63,197 nucleotides of DNA from Chloroflexota bacterium (GTDB taxonomy: Bacteria; Chloroflexota; Limnocylindria; P2-11E), in assembly GCA_005889275.1 (NCBI GenBank), contig VBFI01000043.1, positions 1 to 63,197 on the forward strand, in the 5' to 3' direction. Position numbers and translations under genes: made by a program. This document shows positions 12,114-21,247 of the stretch, one piece after another; positions within the stretch are counted from its first letter, which is position 1, and each line of letters opens with the position of its first letter. The notes under the pieces were generated by a model. It made no database searches. It was not told where the DNA came from and saw only the letters and a list, made by a program, of their open reading frames with translations.

Positions 12114-14372
12114 GTGTCCGTCTCCCGTTACGTGTGCATCGGGTTGGTCTCCGCGGCGGCGCTCCTCTTCCAGGTCGCGCAGACACGGCTCTTCAGCGCT
12201 TCATACGGCTATCACCTCACCTACCTGGTGATCAGCGTCTCGCTTCTCGGGGTGGGGAGCGGCGCCACCCTGAGCGGGCTTTTCGATCGGCGCTTACGAC
12301 GGCCCTCGCTCAGTTCGCTCGCGCTCGGCGCGGCCGCGAGCGCTCTGGCGGCGCTCTTTCTCGAGACGCACATCGACCCGGGCGTCGCGCTCGCCGCCGC
12401 GATCCTCGTCGCGTTCGTCGCCGGCGCGCTGCCCTTCGTGTTCGCAAGCTGGATCGTCGTTCGGAGCCTTCGCGAAGCGCCGAGGCGCGCGGGTCGTCTC
12501 TACTCCGTGGACCTCGCCGGCGCCGCAGCCGGGAGCCTTTTCGCGTTCGCCGGTCTGCCGTCGCTCGGAGCTCCCGGGCTGTATGGCGCTTCGGCCTGCC
12601 TGTCAGCGCTCGCCGCCATCGTGATCGCGGGCCCGCGCCTACGCCCCATAGCGGGCGTCGTCTCCGCGTTCGCGCTGACCGTGGCCCTGACCCTGAACGG
12701 TGACGCGATCGCGCCCCCGCAGAGCGGTCCCGCGAAGCGACCGGTGTACGGCACAAACATCACCCATCTGGAGACGCGCTGGGACCCACACGCCCGAGTC
12801 GACGTCATTCATTACGAGGGACTTCCGGCCGGGGCGTTGTATCTCAACTTCATCGACCCCGCGTACGCGGCTCCACGGCCGGACGCGGACTTCATGCTCC
12901 TGGACCAAACCGCCGCGACTCAGATTCTCGACGGCTCCGGCGACCTCAGCGTCCTTCGCGCGAGCATCATCGCGGCGCCGTACGAGCTGTTGTCGCGGCC
13001 GCACGTTCTGATCATCGGTCCGGGGGGCGGCATCGACATCCAGAACGCGCTCATTCACGGCGCCTCCCAGGTCGACGCGGTCGAGGTGAATCGCGGGGTC
13101 TCGAGCCTGATGCGTGGCCCTCTGTCCGACTACAGCGGGCACGTGTACTCCGCGGCGCACGTGAACGTCGTCGAGGACGAGGCGCGGAGCTACATCAGGC
13201 GTTCGGCGGATCGGTACGACCTCATCCTGATGACGGTCGTCGACAGCTACGCCGCCCTCGCGAGCGGGGCGTACGCGCTCTCGGAGAGTTACCTGTACAC
13301 CGCCGAGGCCTTCGACGATTACCTCGGTCACATCGCGGACCACGGCGTCCTCGCGGTCGGGCGCTTCTATCGCGACCCGCCGATCGAGATGTTGAACACG
13401 GCGGCACTCGGGGTCGCGGCATTGCGGGAGCGCGGCGTCGCCGACCCGCTGGCGCACCTCGCGGTGCTCCGATATCTCGACTTCGGCCTGCTCATCGTTC
13501 GGGACGACGGGTTCGATGCGTCGTCGGCGACCGCCATCCGCCGGTTCGCCGCGGACCACCACTTCACCGTGGCGTTCGACCCGCTCGACCGGACCGGTCC
13601 GTTCGCCGAAGGCCTCGCCGGCACGCCGGTGCCGGCCACCGACGACCGGCCGTTCTTCTTCGCGAATCCGGGCACCAACGTGCCGATCGCTTATCTGATC
13701 CTTTTCGGCGCGCTGATCCCGGCGGTCGTGCTGTCGTGGGGGCTGCTTCTTCTTCCGCTGCGGAAGGTGATGGGTGCGGCGCTCGCCAGCGCGGTCGGCC
13801 GGCGCACCACGGTGCAGGCGCTCGCGGTCGGCTTCGGCTTCATCGCCGCGGAGATCGTCCTGCTCCAGCGACTCACGCTCTACCTGGGCCAGCCCGCACT
13901 CGCCCTCGCCGTCGGACTTGCCGCGCTCCTCGTGGGAGCGGCCGGCGGATCGGCCGCGTCCACCCGCGGCAGGGTTCCCGTCGCCCGCGCGGCCCTGGCG
14001 AGCGCCATCGTGGTGGCCGTCGCACTGCTCGTCTTCGACCGCATCGCGGCCGCCACGCTCGCGTGGCCGCTCCTCGCCCGCGGCGCGACAGCCTCTCTCG
14101 TGTCCATCGCGATCGGGCTTCCACTCGGATCCGTCTTCCCGAGTGTCATCGCGTCGGCCGGTGCGCACGACGATGGGCTCGTCGCGTGGGCCTGGGCGGT
14201 CAACGGTGCGGCGTCGGTCATCGGCTCCATCCTCGCGGTGGTCGCCGCGCTCACGATCGGCTTCACCGGCGTTGGTTTCCTCGCGGCGGCGTGCTACATC
14301 CTCGCCGTCGTCCCGTCCGCGTCCGGGCTGCGGCTCGGGTTCGGCGCAGAGAGGTCACCTCAACCCACGTAG
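12114..14372 (+). CDS. Polytopic membrane protein with central spermidine-synthase-like (SAM-MTase fold) domain
   Basis: N-terminal and C-terminal blocks of TM helices flank a soluble domain with VLIIGPGGG...DAVEVN...YDLILMTVVDS motifs. Confidence 0.7.
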   Translation: MSVSRYVCIGLVSAAALLFQVAQTRLFSASYGYHLTYLVISVSLLGVGSGATLSGLFDRRLRRPSLSSLALGAAASALAALFLETHIDPGVALAAAILVAFVAGALPFVFASWIVVRSLREAPRRAGRLYSVDLAGAAAGSLFAFAGLPSLGAPGLYGASACLSALAAIVIAGPRLRPIAGVVSAFALTVALTLNGDAIAPPQSGPAKRPVYGTNITHLETRWDPHARVDVIHYEGLPAGALYLNFIDPAYAAPRPDADFMLLDQTAATQILDGSGDLSVLRASIIAAPYELLSRPHVLIIGPGGGIDIQNALIHGASQVDAVEVNRGVSSLMRGPLSDYSGHVYSAAHVNVVEDEARSYIRRSADRYDLILMTVVDSYAALASGAYALSESYLYTAEAFDDYLGHIADHGVLAVGRFYRDPPIEMLNTAALGVAALRERGVADPLAHLAVLRYLDFGLLIVRDDGFDASSATAIRRFAADHHFTVAFDPLDRTGPFAEGLAGTPVPATDDRPFFFANPGTNVPIAYLILFGALIPAVVLSWGLLLLPLRKVMGAALASAVGRRTTVQALAVGFGFIAAEIVLLQRLTLYLGQPALALAVGLAALLVGAAGGSAASTRGRVPVARAALASAIVVAVALLVFDRIAAATLAWPLLARGATASLVSIAIGLPLGSVFPSVIASAGAHDDGLVAWAWAVNGAASVIGSILAVVAALTIGFTGVGFLAAACYILAVVPSASGLRLGFGAERSPQPT

Positions 14373-14413
14373 CCGGCGCCCTCGCACGGCGCTCGCCCCT
14401 AGACTTCGCGGCG

Positions 14414-14851
14414 ATGTCCGACCTCCGCGTGCGACCGATGAACGAGCTCGACATCGAGGGCATCTGCCGCATCGACGAGAAGATCACCGGTCGCTACCGC
14501 CCCGAGGTCTGGGAGCAGCGCGTCGCGTATTACATCCGGCGCGACCCGGACTCGTCGCAAATCGCCGAGCAGGGCGGACGCGTCGTCGGCTTCATGCTCG
14601 GCGAGGTACGGGGTGGTGAGTTCGGGCTCGAGGAGCCGACCGGCTGGGTCGAGTTCTTCGGCGTCGACCCCGGTGCGCGCGAGAAAGGGATCGGGCGGCG
14701 GCTCATCGAAGCGCTGCTCGCGCACTTCCGCGCTCGCGGCGCGCACGTCGCGCGCACCATGGTCGCCGCACAGGACAAGGAGATCGCCGGGTTCATCTCG
14801 GCGATGGGCTTCAGCCCGGCGCCGCTCAGCGCGCTGGAGAAGCGCCTCTAG
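14414..14851 (+). CDS. GNAT-family N-acetyltransferase
   Basis: Acetyl-CoA binding motif (VDPGAREKGIGRRLIEAL). 145 aa. Confidence 0.8.
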   Translation: MSDLRVRPMNELDIEGICRIDEKITGRYRPEVWEQRVAYYIRRDPDSSQIAEQGGRVVGFMLGEVRGGEFGLEEPTGWVEFFGVDPGAREKGIGRRLIEALLAHFRARGAHVARTMVAAQDKEIAGFISAMGFSPAPLSALEKRL

Positions 14852-15819
14852 CCAGCGACGACCTTCGCGCGATCGAGCGCCGGACGCAGCACCTTTTCCC
14901 AGAACGCGAGGAAGCCGTCCTGGTCGGGGCCGACCTGGTGCAGACCGACGTGATCGAAGCCCGCGTCGACGCACCGTTGGATCGCCTTCAGGTACGGCTC
15001 GGGGTCCGGCCCTACTGGGACGTCCTTCGTGGCCTCCTCGAGCGTCACGTGCTCGGTCGCCGCGGCGAAATCCGCCGGGCGGCGCAGCTCCTGCGAGAGC
15101 TGGCCGCCGAGCGCGCCCGTCGGCCAGAGCTGGTGCACGAGGCGGCGCGCGGCGCTCGCCTCGCGACCCCAGCAGACCTGCACCTCGACGTATTTCGGTT
15201 TCCCCGCGCCGCCGGCCTTCTCGTACCTCGCGACCAGCTCGTTGTCGGGCGCGCTCGCGATGAGGCCATCGCCGGCCCGCGCCGCGAGCTCGGCCGCCTT
15301 CGGGCCTTTCGCGGCGACGTAGATCGGCGGCGGCGACTCGCTAGCGGTGTAGAGACGCGCGTCCTCGACGGTGAAGTAGCGCCCGCGGAAGCTCCGCTCG
15401 CCGCCGCGGAACAGCGTTCGCAGCACGTCGATCGCCTCCTCGAGCATGTCGCGCCGCGCCTCGATCGGCGGCCAGCCGCGGCCGATGACGTGCTCGTTCA
15501 GGTTCTCACCGGTGCCGAGCCCCAGGAAGAAGCGGCCCTCGAGCATGACCGACGAGGTCGCCGCGGCCTGGGCGACGATCGCCGGGTGTATGCGGATGAT
15601 CGGGCACGTGACGCCGGTGCCCACGGTGAGCTTCGTCGTCGCGGCGATCCCACCGATGACTGACCAGACGAACGGGCTCTGGCCCTGCCGGTCGATCCAC
15701 GGGTGGAAGTGATCGGAGAGCTGGACGTACGGGAAACCCGCCGCCTCGGCGTGCTGGGCGGCACGCACCATCTCGGTCGGTCCGTGCTCCTCGCTGGAGA
15801 TCCAGAACCCGACCTGCAC
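14848..15819 (-). CDS. LLM-class (luciferase-like) F420-dependent oxidoreductase, G6PDH-related subfamily
   Basis: Family-typical N-terminus begins at VQVGFWISSEEHGP...SDHFHPW, plus LGLGTGENLNEH. I prefer GTG 15819 over the tracked ATG 15903, because 15903 sits inside the palindromic operator at 15890-15904. Confidence 0.7.
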   Translation of the reverse strand: MQVGFWISSEEHGPTEMVRAAQHAEAAGFPYVQLSDHFHPWIDRQGQSPFVWSVIGGIAATTKLTVGTGVTCPIIRIHPAIVAQAAATSSVMLEGRFFLGLGTGENLNEHVIGRGWPPIEARRDMLEEAIDVLRTLFRGGERSFRGRYFTVEDARLYTASESPPPIYVAAKGPKAAELAARAGDGLIASAPDNELVARYEKAGGAGKPKYVEVQVCWGREASAARRLVHQLWPTGALGGQLSQELRRPADFAAATEHVTLEEATKDVPVGPDPEPYLKAIQRCVDAGFDHVGLHQVGPDQDGFLAFWEKVLRPALDRAKVVAG

Positions 15820-15889
15820 GCCGGGGCGCCCATGCACCACGCGTGCCGCTTTGGCACGCGGTTCGCTTCGCACGACGTGCGCTTGGGCG

Positions 15890-15904
15890 AACGGTATGAC
15901 CATT
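15890..15904. promoter_or_regulatory. Operator A: AACGGTATGACCATT (reverse: AATGGTCATACCGTT), GntR/FadR-type palindrome
   Basis: Lies in the divergent region between the LLM oxidoreductase and the BoxB-like operon, 4 nt upstream of the TAGGCT -10. Confidence 0.7.
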
Positions 15905-15908
15905 TCGT

Positions 15909-15914
15909 TAGGCT
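15909..15914 (+). promoter_or_regulatory. -10-like TAGGCT, 6 nt upstream of the BoxB-like GTG 15921 (leaderless signature)
   Basis: Same geometry. Operator A occupies the spacer just upstream. Confidence 0.5.
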
Positions 15915-15920
15915 AGACGC

Positions 15921-17228
15921 GTGAACGACGAGATCCGGGCGCTTCCGAAGGCCTATCACGAGGCGATCGAGCACTGGCAGCGCCACAACTTCCCCGACTA
16001 TCCGAAGCTCGCGGAAGAGTGGGATCGCTTCTTCCCCAAGGACGAGCCGTTCTGCCTCTGCGCGAAGATCGCGACCGACACCCCCGACGACATCGAGGTG
16101 GGGGATCATCGCGGCGAGAGGAAGGCGCTCGTCCCGAAAGAGCTCCCGCCGGAGGCGGCCCAGCACCTGCTGATGCAGATCAAGGCGCAGGCTTCCACCG
16201 AATTCGGATCGATCCAGCAGCATCAGGGCACGCTCGCGCGCGCGCAGGAGCCGCAGGATCACGCGTGGGCGCTCCGCGTTATGGCCGAGGAGCTTCGCCA
16301 CGGCTACCAGATGGTCCACCTGCTCACGAGCGCGGACTGGTCGCCGGTGACCGACACGAAGGCCGCGGACATGGTCGAGGAGATCCTCTCGATGCAGACC
16401 GGCTCGCACGTGCTCGCGGCGTTCAACCTCGAGTACGACAGCTTCCTCGACAACGTCGTCTTCGCGGCCTTCATCGATCGGGTCGGCAAGTACCAGCTCA
16501 CGATGCAGAAGATCTCCGCGTACCGGCCGTACGCCTCGAGCATGCCGCCGATGCTCCGGGAGGAGGCGTTCCACCTCGCGGCCGGGGTGATCCCGCTCCG
16601 GCGCTGGGTCGAGGCCGCCGCGCGCGGCGACGGCTACATCTCGATGGGCGACATCCAGCGCGCGATCGCGAAGTGGTTCGGCCGGGGTCTCGAGATGTTC
16701 GGAGACGAACGCGGCGGGCAGACGAACGTGAAGTTCGGCCTCAAGGACATGGCCAACCGTGAGGCGCAGGACATGTACGTAGACGAGCTCCAGCGGATGC
16801 TCGACGACCTGAACGAGCGCTACGTGCGCGCGCGCTTCCCGAACCTGCCTCGCGACGAAGCGGAGGCGCGCTTCGCGCGGGTCAGAGCGGGCGAGACCGT
16901 CGAGGGCGTGGGGCCGGACGAGCTGCTGCGGCTGCCCGACCGGCGCTTCTTCCGGCGGCGCGGGGAGCCGGCCTACCAGATGGTCGGCGCGCACGGCGAG
17001 AGCTTCACCGACGTCGAGCGGTACGTCGCGCACGTGCTCGCGTACCTGCCGGAGGCGTACCGCGCCTCCATCGACGTCAAGCACTGGGCCGATCTGCAGC
17101 GTAAGGTCGCGCGCGGCGAGATGCCGCTCAAGGAGGCGATCAGCTCGATGCCCCGCCTCGCGCGCGTCGGGGGCGCGTGCCCCTGCGCGAAGTCGGTCCG
17201 CTGGGTCATGGAGTCGACTCCCAACTAG
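15921..17228 (+). CDS. BoxB-like di-iron aryl-CoA oxygenase (benzoyl-CoA 2,3-epoxidase B family, PaaA/BoxB ferritin-like fold)
   Basis: Recalled BoxB landmarks match: EHWQ near the N-terminus, STEFGSIQQHQ, AEELRH (ExxH), IDRVGKYQL, REEAFH (ExxH). The leaderless-type GTG is 6 nt after TAGGCT. Confidence 0.7.
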   Translation: MNDEIRALPKAYHEAIEHWQRHNFPDYPKLAEEWDRFFPKDEPFCLCAKIATDTPDDIEVGDHRGERKALVPKELPPEAAQHLLMQIKAQASTEFGSIQQHQGTLARAQEPQDHAWALRVMAEELRHGYQMVHLLTSADWSPVTDTKAADMVEEILSMQTGSHVLAAFNLEYDSFLDNVVFAAFIDRVGKYQLTMQKISAYRPYASSMPPMLREEAFHLAAGVIPLRRWVEAAARGDGYISMGDIQRAIAKWFGRGLEMFGDERGGQTNVKFGLKDMANREAQDMYVDELQRMLDDLNERYVRARFPNLPRDEAEARFARVRAGETVEGVGPDELLRLPDRRFFRRRGEPAYQMVGAHGESFTDVERYVAHVLAYLPEAYRASIDVKHWADLQRKVARGEMPLKEAISSMPRLARVGGACPCAKSVRWVMESTPN

Positions 17229-17246
17229 TCCGACCGGAGGGTCAAG

Positions 17247-17969
17247 GTGACGCAGTTCAACGACCGGATCGAGCCCAAGGACTTCGCGAAGATGCCCAAG
17301 GAGTACCAGAGTCTCCTCACGCGGCTGCTCACGATCCAGGCCGACTGCGAGATCGGCGGGCCGCACATCTACGTCGACCACTGGACGCTTCGCGCGCCGA
17401 CGGTCGACGATCAGTGGCGCGTCGCGAAGATCGCCATGGAGGAGATCGACCACTGCCGCAAGTTCCTCCGCATGCTCGGGCTCCTCGAGATCGATCGATC
17501 GGACATCCTCACGCGCCCGCGCAGCAAGCGCGAGGTCGACGCGTTCAAAGAGGACATGCCGCACTGGGCCGACTTCGCCGCGTTCGGCATGCTGATCGAC
17601 AAGGTGGGTGAGTACCAGCTCGAGGAGATGACGAGCTCGTCGTACCGTCCGGTCGAGGACTACCTGCCGCAGATCCTCCGCGAGGAGAAAGGCCACATCA
17701 GCTACGGGCAGCAGCAGCTCGAGAAACTGGTGAAATCGGGCGATGAAGGGCGCGCGGCCGCCCAGGCCGCGATCGACAAGTGGTACATCGTCGGTCTCGA
17801 CATGTTCGGGACATCGGGCTCGTCCCGGACCGAGCGCTACATCGAGTGGGGTCTGAAGCGTCGTACGAACGAGGAAGCGCGCCGCCAGTACATCGCCGAG
17901 GTCGACCCACAGATCGAGGCCCTGGGTCTCGTCATCCCGGACAAGCTCCAGGGCCGGAAGTACCTCTAG
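17247..17969 (+). CDS. PaaA/PaaC-family ferritin-like di-iron protein (short paralog of the upstream gene)
   Basis: GGAGGG SD 5 nt upstream of the GTG. Both ExxH boxes are kept (MEEIDH, REEKGH), plus IDKVGEYQL. Confidence 0.7.
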   Translation: MTQFNDRIEPKDFAKMPKEYQSLLTRLLTIQADCEIGGPHIYVDHWTLRAPTVDDQWRVAKIAMEEIDHCRKFLRMLGLLEIDRSDILTRPRSKREVDAFKEDMPHWADFAAFGMLIDKVGEYQLEEMTSSSYRPVEDYLPQILREEKGHISYGQQQLEKLVKSGDEGRAAAQAAIDKWYIVGLDMFGTSGSSRTERYIEWGLKRRTNEEARRQYIAEVDPQIEALGLVIPDKLQGRKYL

Positions 17970-18007
17970 CCACGGTCCGCGAGACCTTTAACCTCGCGGT
18001 CGCGCTC

Positions 18008-19492
18008 GTGGACGCGCACCTCGAGGCGGGTCGCGGCGATCGGCCGGCGATCCGCTCCTCGGGTGAGACTCTTTCATACGCCGCGGTCGCGGGCCGGGTG
18101 AACCGGGCCGGGAACGCGCTCCGGGCGCTCGGCGTCGAGCCCGAACAGCGCGTCGCCCTCATCCTCCCTGACTCGCCGGACTTCGTCGCTGCGTTCCTCG
18201 GCGCGATCAAGGTCGGGGCCGTGCCCGTGACGCTCTCGACGCTCCTCACGCCTTTTGACCAGGCAGTCCTGATCGACGACAGTCGAGCGCGCGTCCTCGT
18301 CGTCCACGAGACGCTCGCCCCGGCGCTCGAGGCACAGCGCGCCCAGCTCCGCCAGCTGCGGCACGTGCTCGTGGCGGGCGGTGCGCGCTCGTCGTTCGCC
18401 GCCGCCGTCGCGGGCGCGTCGGACGAGCTCGAGCCCGAGCCAACGCGGCCGGACGACATGTGCTTCTGGCAGTACTCGAGCGGCACGACCGGCAGACCGA
18501 AGGCGGTCGTGCATCTGCAGCAGAGCGCGCTTGCTCCCGCGGAGCTCCATGGCCGGCACGTCGTCGCGATGCGGCCGGACGATCGCGTGTTCAGCGTCGC
18601 GAAGCTCTTCTTCTCGTACGGCCTGAACAACTCTCTGGTCATCCCCTTCCGGCACGGCGCGCTGACGATCCTCGAGTCCGCTCGTCCGGAGCCCGCGACC
18701 GTGTTCGAGACCATCGCCCGGGAGCGCCCGACCGTGTTCTACGGCGTGCCGACGAGCTACGGCGCGATGCTCGCGCACGGCGGCGAGCCGGACACGAGCT
18801 CGATCCGCGTCTACGTCTCGGCCGGTGAGGCGCTGCCGAAGCCGCTGTTCCAGCGATGGAAGGCGCGTTTCGGCCAGGAGATCCTCGACGGCATCGGCTC
18901 GACCGAGATCGGATACATCGCGATCTCGAATTTCGCGGGCCGGGCCCGGCCCGGCACGTCGGGCGAGGTCATCCCCGGGTACGAGGCGAAGGTCGTCGAC
19001 GGCGAGGGTCAGCGGCTGCCTCCCGGCGAGATCGGCGACCTGCTCGTCCGGGGGCCGTCGACCGCGCTCGGCTACTGGAACAACCGCGCCGCGACGAAGC
19101 GGACCTTCCGCGGCGAATGGGTGTTCACCGGCGATCGCTATTCCGTGGACGCCGAGGGCTACCACATGTACCAGGGGCGCAGCGACGACCTCCTGAAGGT
19201 CGGCGGGATCTGGGTATCGCCGCTCGAGGTCGAGACGGCCCTGCTCGAGCACGACGCGGTGCTCGAGTGCGCGGTGGTCGCGCGTGAGGACTCGGACGGT
19301 CTCGTCAAACCGAGCGCCTACGTGGTCCTCCGCGAGGGCGGCGCGCCGAGCCAGGGTCTCGCCGGGGAGCTCCGTGCGTTCGTGAAAGACCGCCTGGCGC
19401 CGTACAAGTACCCTCGGTGGATCGAGTTCGTACCGGAGCTGCCGAAGACGTCCACCGGGAAGATCCAGCGCTTCAAGCTGCGGGCGCGATGA
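18008..19492 (+). CDS. Aryl-CoA ligase, benzoate / 4-hydroxybenzoate-CoA ligase family (AMP-forming); start uncertain
   Basis: YSSGTTGRPKAVVH AMP-binding box and C-terminal PKTSTGKIQRFKLR. The conserved N-terminal FNLAVALVDAHLEAGRGDRPA lies upstream of the first non-overlapping canonical start (GTG 18008). See findings. Confidence 0.75.
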   Translation: MDAHLEAGRGDRPAIRSSGETLSYAAVAGRVNRAGNALRALGVEPEQRVALILPDSPDFVAAFLGAIKVGAVPVTLSTLLTPFDQAVLIDDSRARVLVVHETLAPALEAQRAQLRQLRHVLVAGGARSSFAAAVAGASDELEPEPTRPDDMCFWQYSSGTTGRPKAVVHLQQSALAPAELHGRHVVAMRPDDRVFSVAKLFFSYGLNNSLVIPFRHGALTILESARPEPATVFETIARERPTVFYGVPTSYGAMLAHGGEPDTSSIRVYVSAGEALPKPLFQRWKARFGQEILDGIGSTEIGYIAISNFAGRARPGTSGEVIPGYEAKVVDGEGQRLPPGEIGDLLVRGPSTALGYWNNRAATKRTFRGEWVFTGDRYSVDAEGYHMYQGRSDDLLKVGGIWVSPLEVETALLEHDAVLECAVVAREDSDGLVKPSAYVVLREGGAPSQGLAGELRAFVKDRLAPYKYPRWIEFVPELPKTSTGKIQRFKLRAR

Positions 19493-19956
19493 CCACGCAC
19501 CGCGTCGCGTTCACGCTGAACGGCGCAGCGCGCGCGATCGACGTTCCCGCGGACCGCCTCCTCATCGACGCGCTTCGCGACGAACTCGGCGCGACGGGTA
19601 CGAAGCTCGGATGCGGCATCGGCGTGTGCGGCGCCTGCAGCGTGCTCGTCGACGGCGAGCTCCTCTCCGCATGCCTCCTGCCGGCCATCTTCGTCGACGG
19701 GCATGCCGTCACGACCGTCGAAGGGCTCGCCGCCGATGGCGAGCTCACCGCGACGCAGGATGCCTTCATCCGCGATGGTGGTTTCCAGTGCGGCATCTGC
19801 ACGCCGGGCCAGCTCGTCGCGGCGACCGCGCTGCTCGTCGAGCACCCCCGGCCGAGTCCCGACGAGATCCGGACGTGGATGATGGGGAATCTCTGCCGGT
19901 GCACCGGCTACTACGGCATCGAGCGCGCGATCGGCCGCGCGGCGGGGATGACGTGA
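19489..19956 (+). CDS. [2Fe-2S]-binding small subunit of a molybdenum hydroxylase (CoxS/XdhC-type)
   Basis: ATGA overlap with the ligase. CGIGVCGAC and CGICTPG...CRCTGY cluster motifs. Confidence 0.9.
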   Translation: MTTHRVAFTLNGAARAIDVPADRLLIDALRDELGATGTKLGCGIGVCGACSVLVDGELLSACLLPAIFVDGHAVTTVEGLAADGELTATQDAFIRDGGFQCGICTPGQLVAATALLVEHPRPSPDEIRTWMMGNLCRCTGYYGIERAIGRAAGMT

Positions 19957-20801
19957 GCTTCGACTACCACGCGCCGCGATCGGTCGGCGAGGCTCTCGCG
20001 CTCCTCGAGCGTTATGGCGAGGACGCGCATGTCATGGCGGGCGGCACCGCGACGGTGCTCCTCATGCGGCAGGGGCTCCTCCGTCCCGGTCACGTCGTCG
20101 GCCTTCGCGCGATCGACGAGCTTCGCGGTATCTCGCGCACCGGGAGCGGCGGCCTGCGGATCGGCGCGACCGTGACACACCGGGAAGTCGAGCGCTCCGC
20201 CGAGGCGCGCGCGTACAGCTCCGCGCTCATCGAGGCTTTCGCGAGCGTCGCGACCGTGCGCATCCGCAATCAGGCGACGGTCGCCGGGAATCTCGCGCAC
20301 GCGGATCCGGCTCAGGATCCGCCGCCGATGCTCGCGGCCTTTGGCGCGACCGTGAACGTCCGGTCGCCGCGCGGCGGCCGCGCGCTGCCGGTCAGCGAGC
20401 TCGCGGTCGATCACTTCACCACGTCGCTCGCGCACGACGAGGTCATCACGGAGATCGTGCTGCCCCCGCTCGAAGCGGGCTCGCGCGGCACGTACCTGAA
20501 GTTCCTCCCGAAGACCGCCGACGACTACGCGACGGTGTCCGTCGCCGCGACCCTGCGGCTGGCAGACGACGGGACGATCGCCGAGACGCGGATCGTGCTG
20601 GGCGCGGTCGGGCCGACACCCATCCGAGCCCGTCGCGTCGAGGAGGCGCTGCGTGGGCGAACCGCTCGAGCGGTCGCGGAAGCCGCGGCGCTGGTCCGGG
20701 AAGAGGTCGACCCGATCGACGACGCCCGCGGCTCGGTGTCGTACAAACGGGAGATGGCTCGGGTCTGGACCGGACGCGCGCTGGCGCGACTCCTCCGATG
20801 A
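19953..20801 (+). CDS. FAD-binding medium subunit of a molybdenum hydroxylase (CoxM-type)
   Basis: GTGA overlap. AGGTATVLLMR FAD motif, CO-dehydrogenase flavoprotein C-terminal domain. The protein contains no cysteine. Confidence 0.85.
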   Translation: MSFDYHAPRSVGEALALLERYGEDAHVMAGGTATVLLMRQGLLRPGHVVGLRAIDELRGISRTGSGGLRIGATVTHREVERSAEARAYSSALIEAFASVATVRIRNQATVAGNLAHADPAQDPPPMLAAFGATVNVRSPRGGRALPVSELAVDHFTTSLAHDEVITEIVLPPLEAGSRGTYLKFLPKTADDYATVSVAATLRLADDGTIAETRIVLGAVGPTPIRARRVEEALRGRTARAVAEAAALVREEVDPIDDARGSVSYKREMARVWTGRALARLLR

Positions 20802-21247
20802 AGTTCACGCACACCGCCACCGTCGCCGCGCCGCGCGCGAAGGTGTGGGCCCAGGTGATGGACGTCCCCGCGGCCGCGCGGTGCGTTCCGGGCGTCGCGT
20901 CGGTTCGTGCGTCGGGCAACGGCAAGTACCAGGGGACGCTCGCGGTCCAGGTTGGGCCGGTCCGCCTCGTCCTCGACGGCGACCTCGCGATCACCGCGCG
21001 CGATGAGACGGCGGGCACGGCGTCGCTTCGCGCCGAGGCAAAGGATTCGCGCGTCGGTGGCGCCATCCACGCGACGATGAACCTCGCGCTCGCCGAAAAA
21101 GGTGGCGAGACTGAGCTCCGCATCGACAGCGACCTCGCCGTGATGGGTCGCCTGGGCGAGTTCGGGCAGCCGGTCATCAAGCGGAAGGCCGACCAGCTCA
21201 TGCGCGACTTCGCCGAGTGCCTGGCGCGCCAGGCTTCCGCCCGGTGA
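20798..21247 (+). CDS. SRPBCC / CoxG-family protein
   Basis: ATGA overlap. 149 aa with the typical CoxG layout (VWAQVMD...CVPG...GEFGQPVIKRKADQLMRDF). Confidence 0.75.
   Translation: MKFTHTATVAAPRAKVWAQVMDVPAAARCVPGVASVRASGNGKYQGTLAVQVGPVRLVLDGDLAITARDETAGTASLRAEAKDSRVGGAIHATMNLALAEKGGETELRIDSDLAVMGRLGEFGQPVIKRKADQLMRDFAECLARQASAR

Noticed and set aside
14848-14851. Convergent genes sharing a palindromic CTAG stop overlap (also at 42996-42999)
   Set aside because: This is a trivial consequence of TAG stops on both strands in a compact genome. No regulatory meaning is inferred.
15498-17696. 732-aa minus-strand ORF, plus similar long antisense ORFs at 37866-40145, 55266-56867, 59036-61201, 7674-9092 and 4650-5939
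   Set aside because: Each lies opposite a gene with unmistakable conserved motifs (BoxB-like, UbiD, groEL, pcrA, ctaD, tatD). All have low-complexity R/D/E/G composition. They are GC artefacts.
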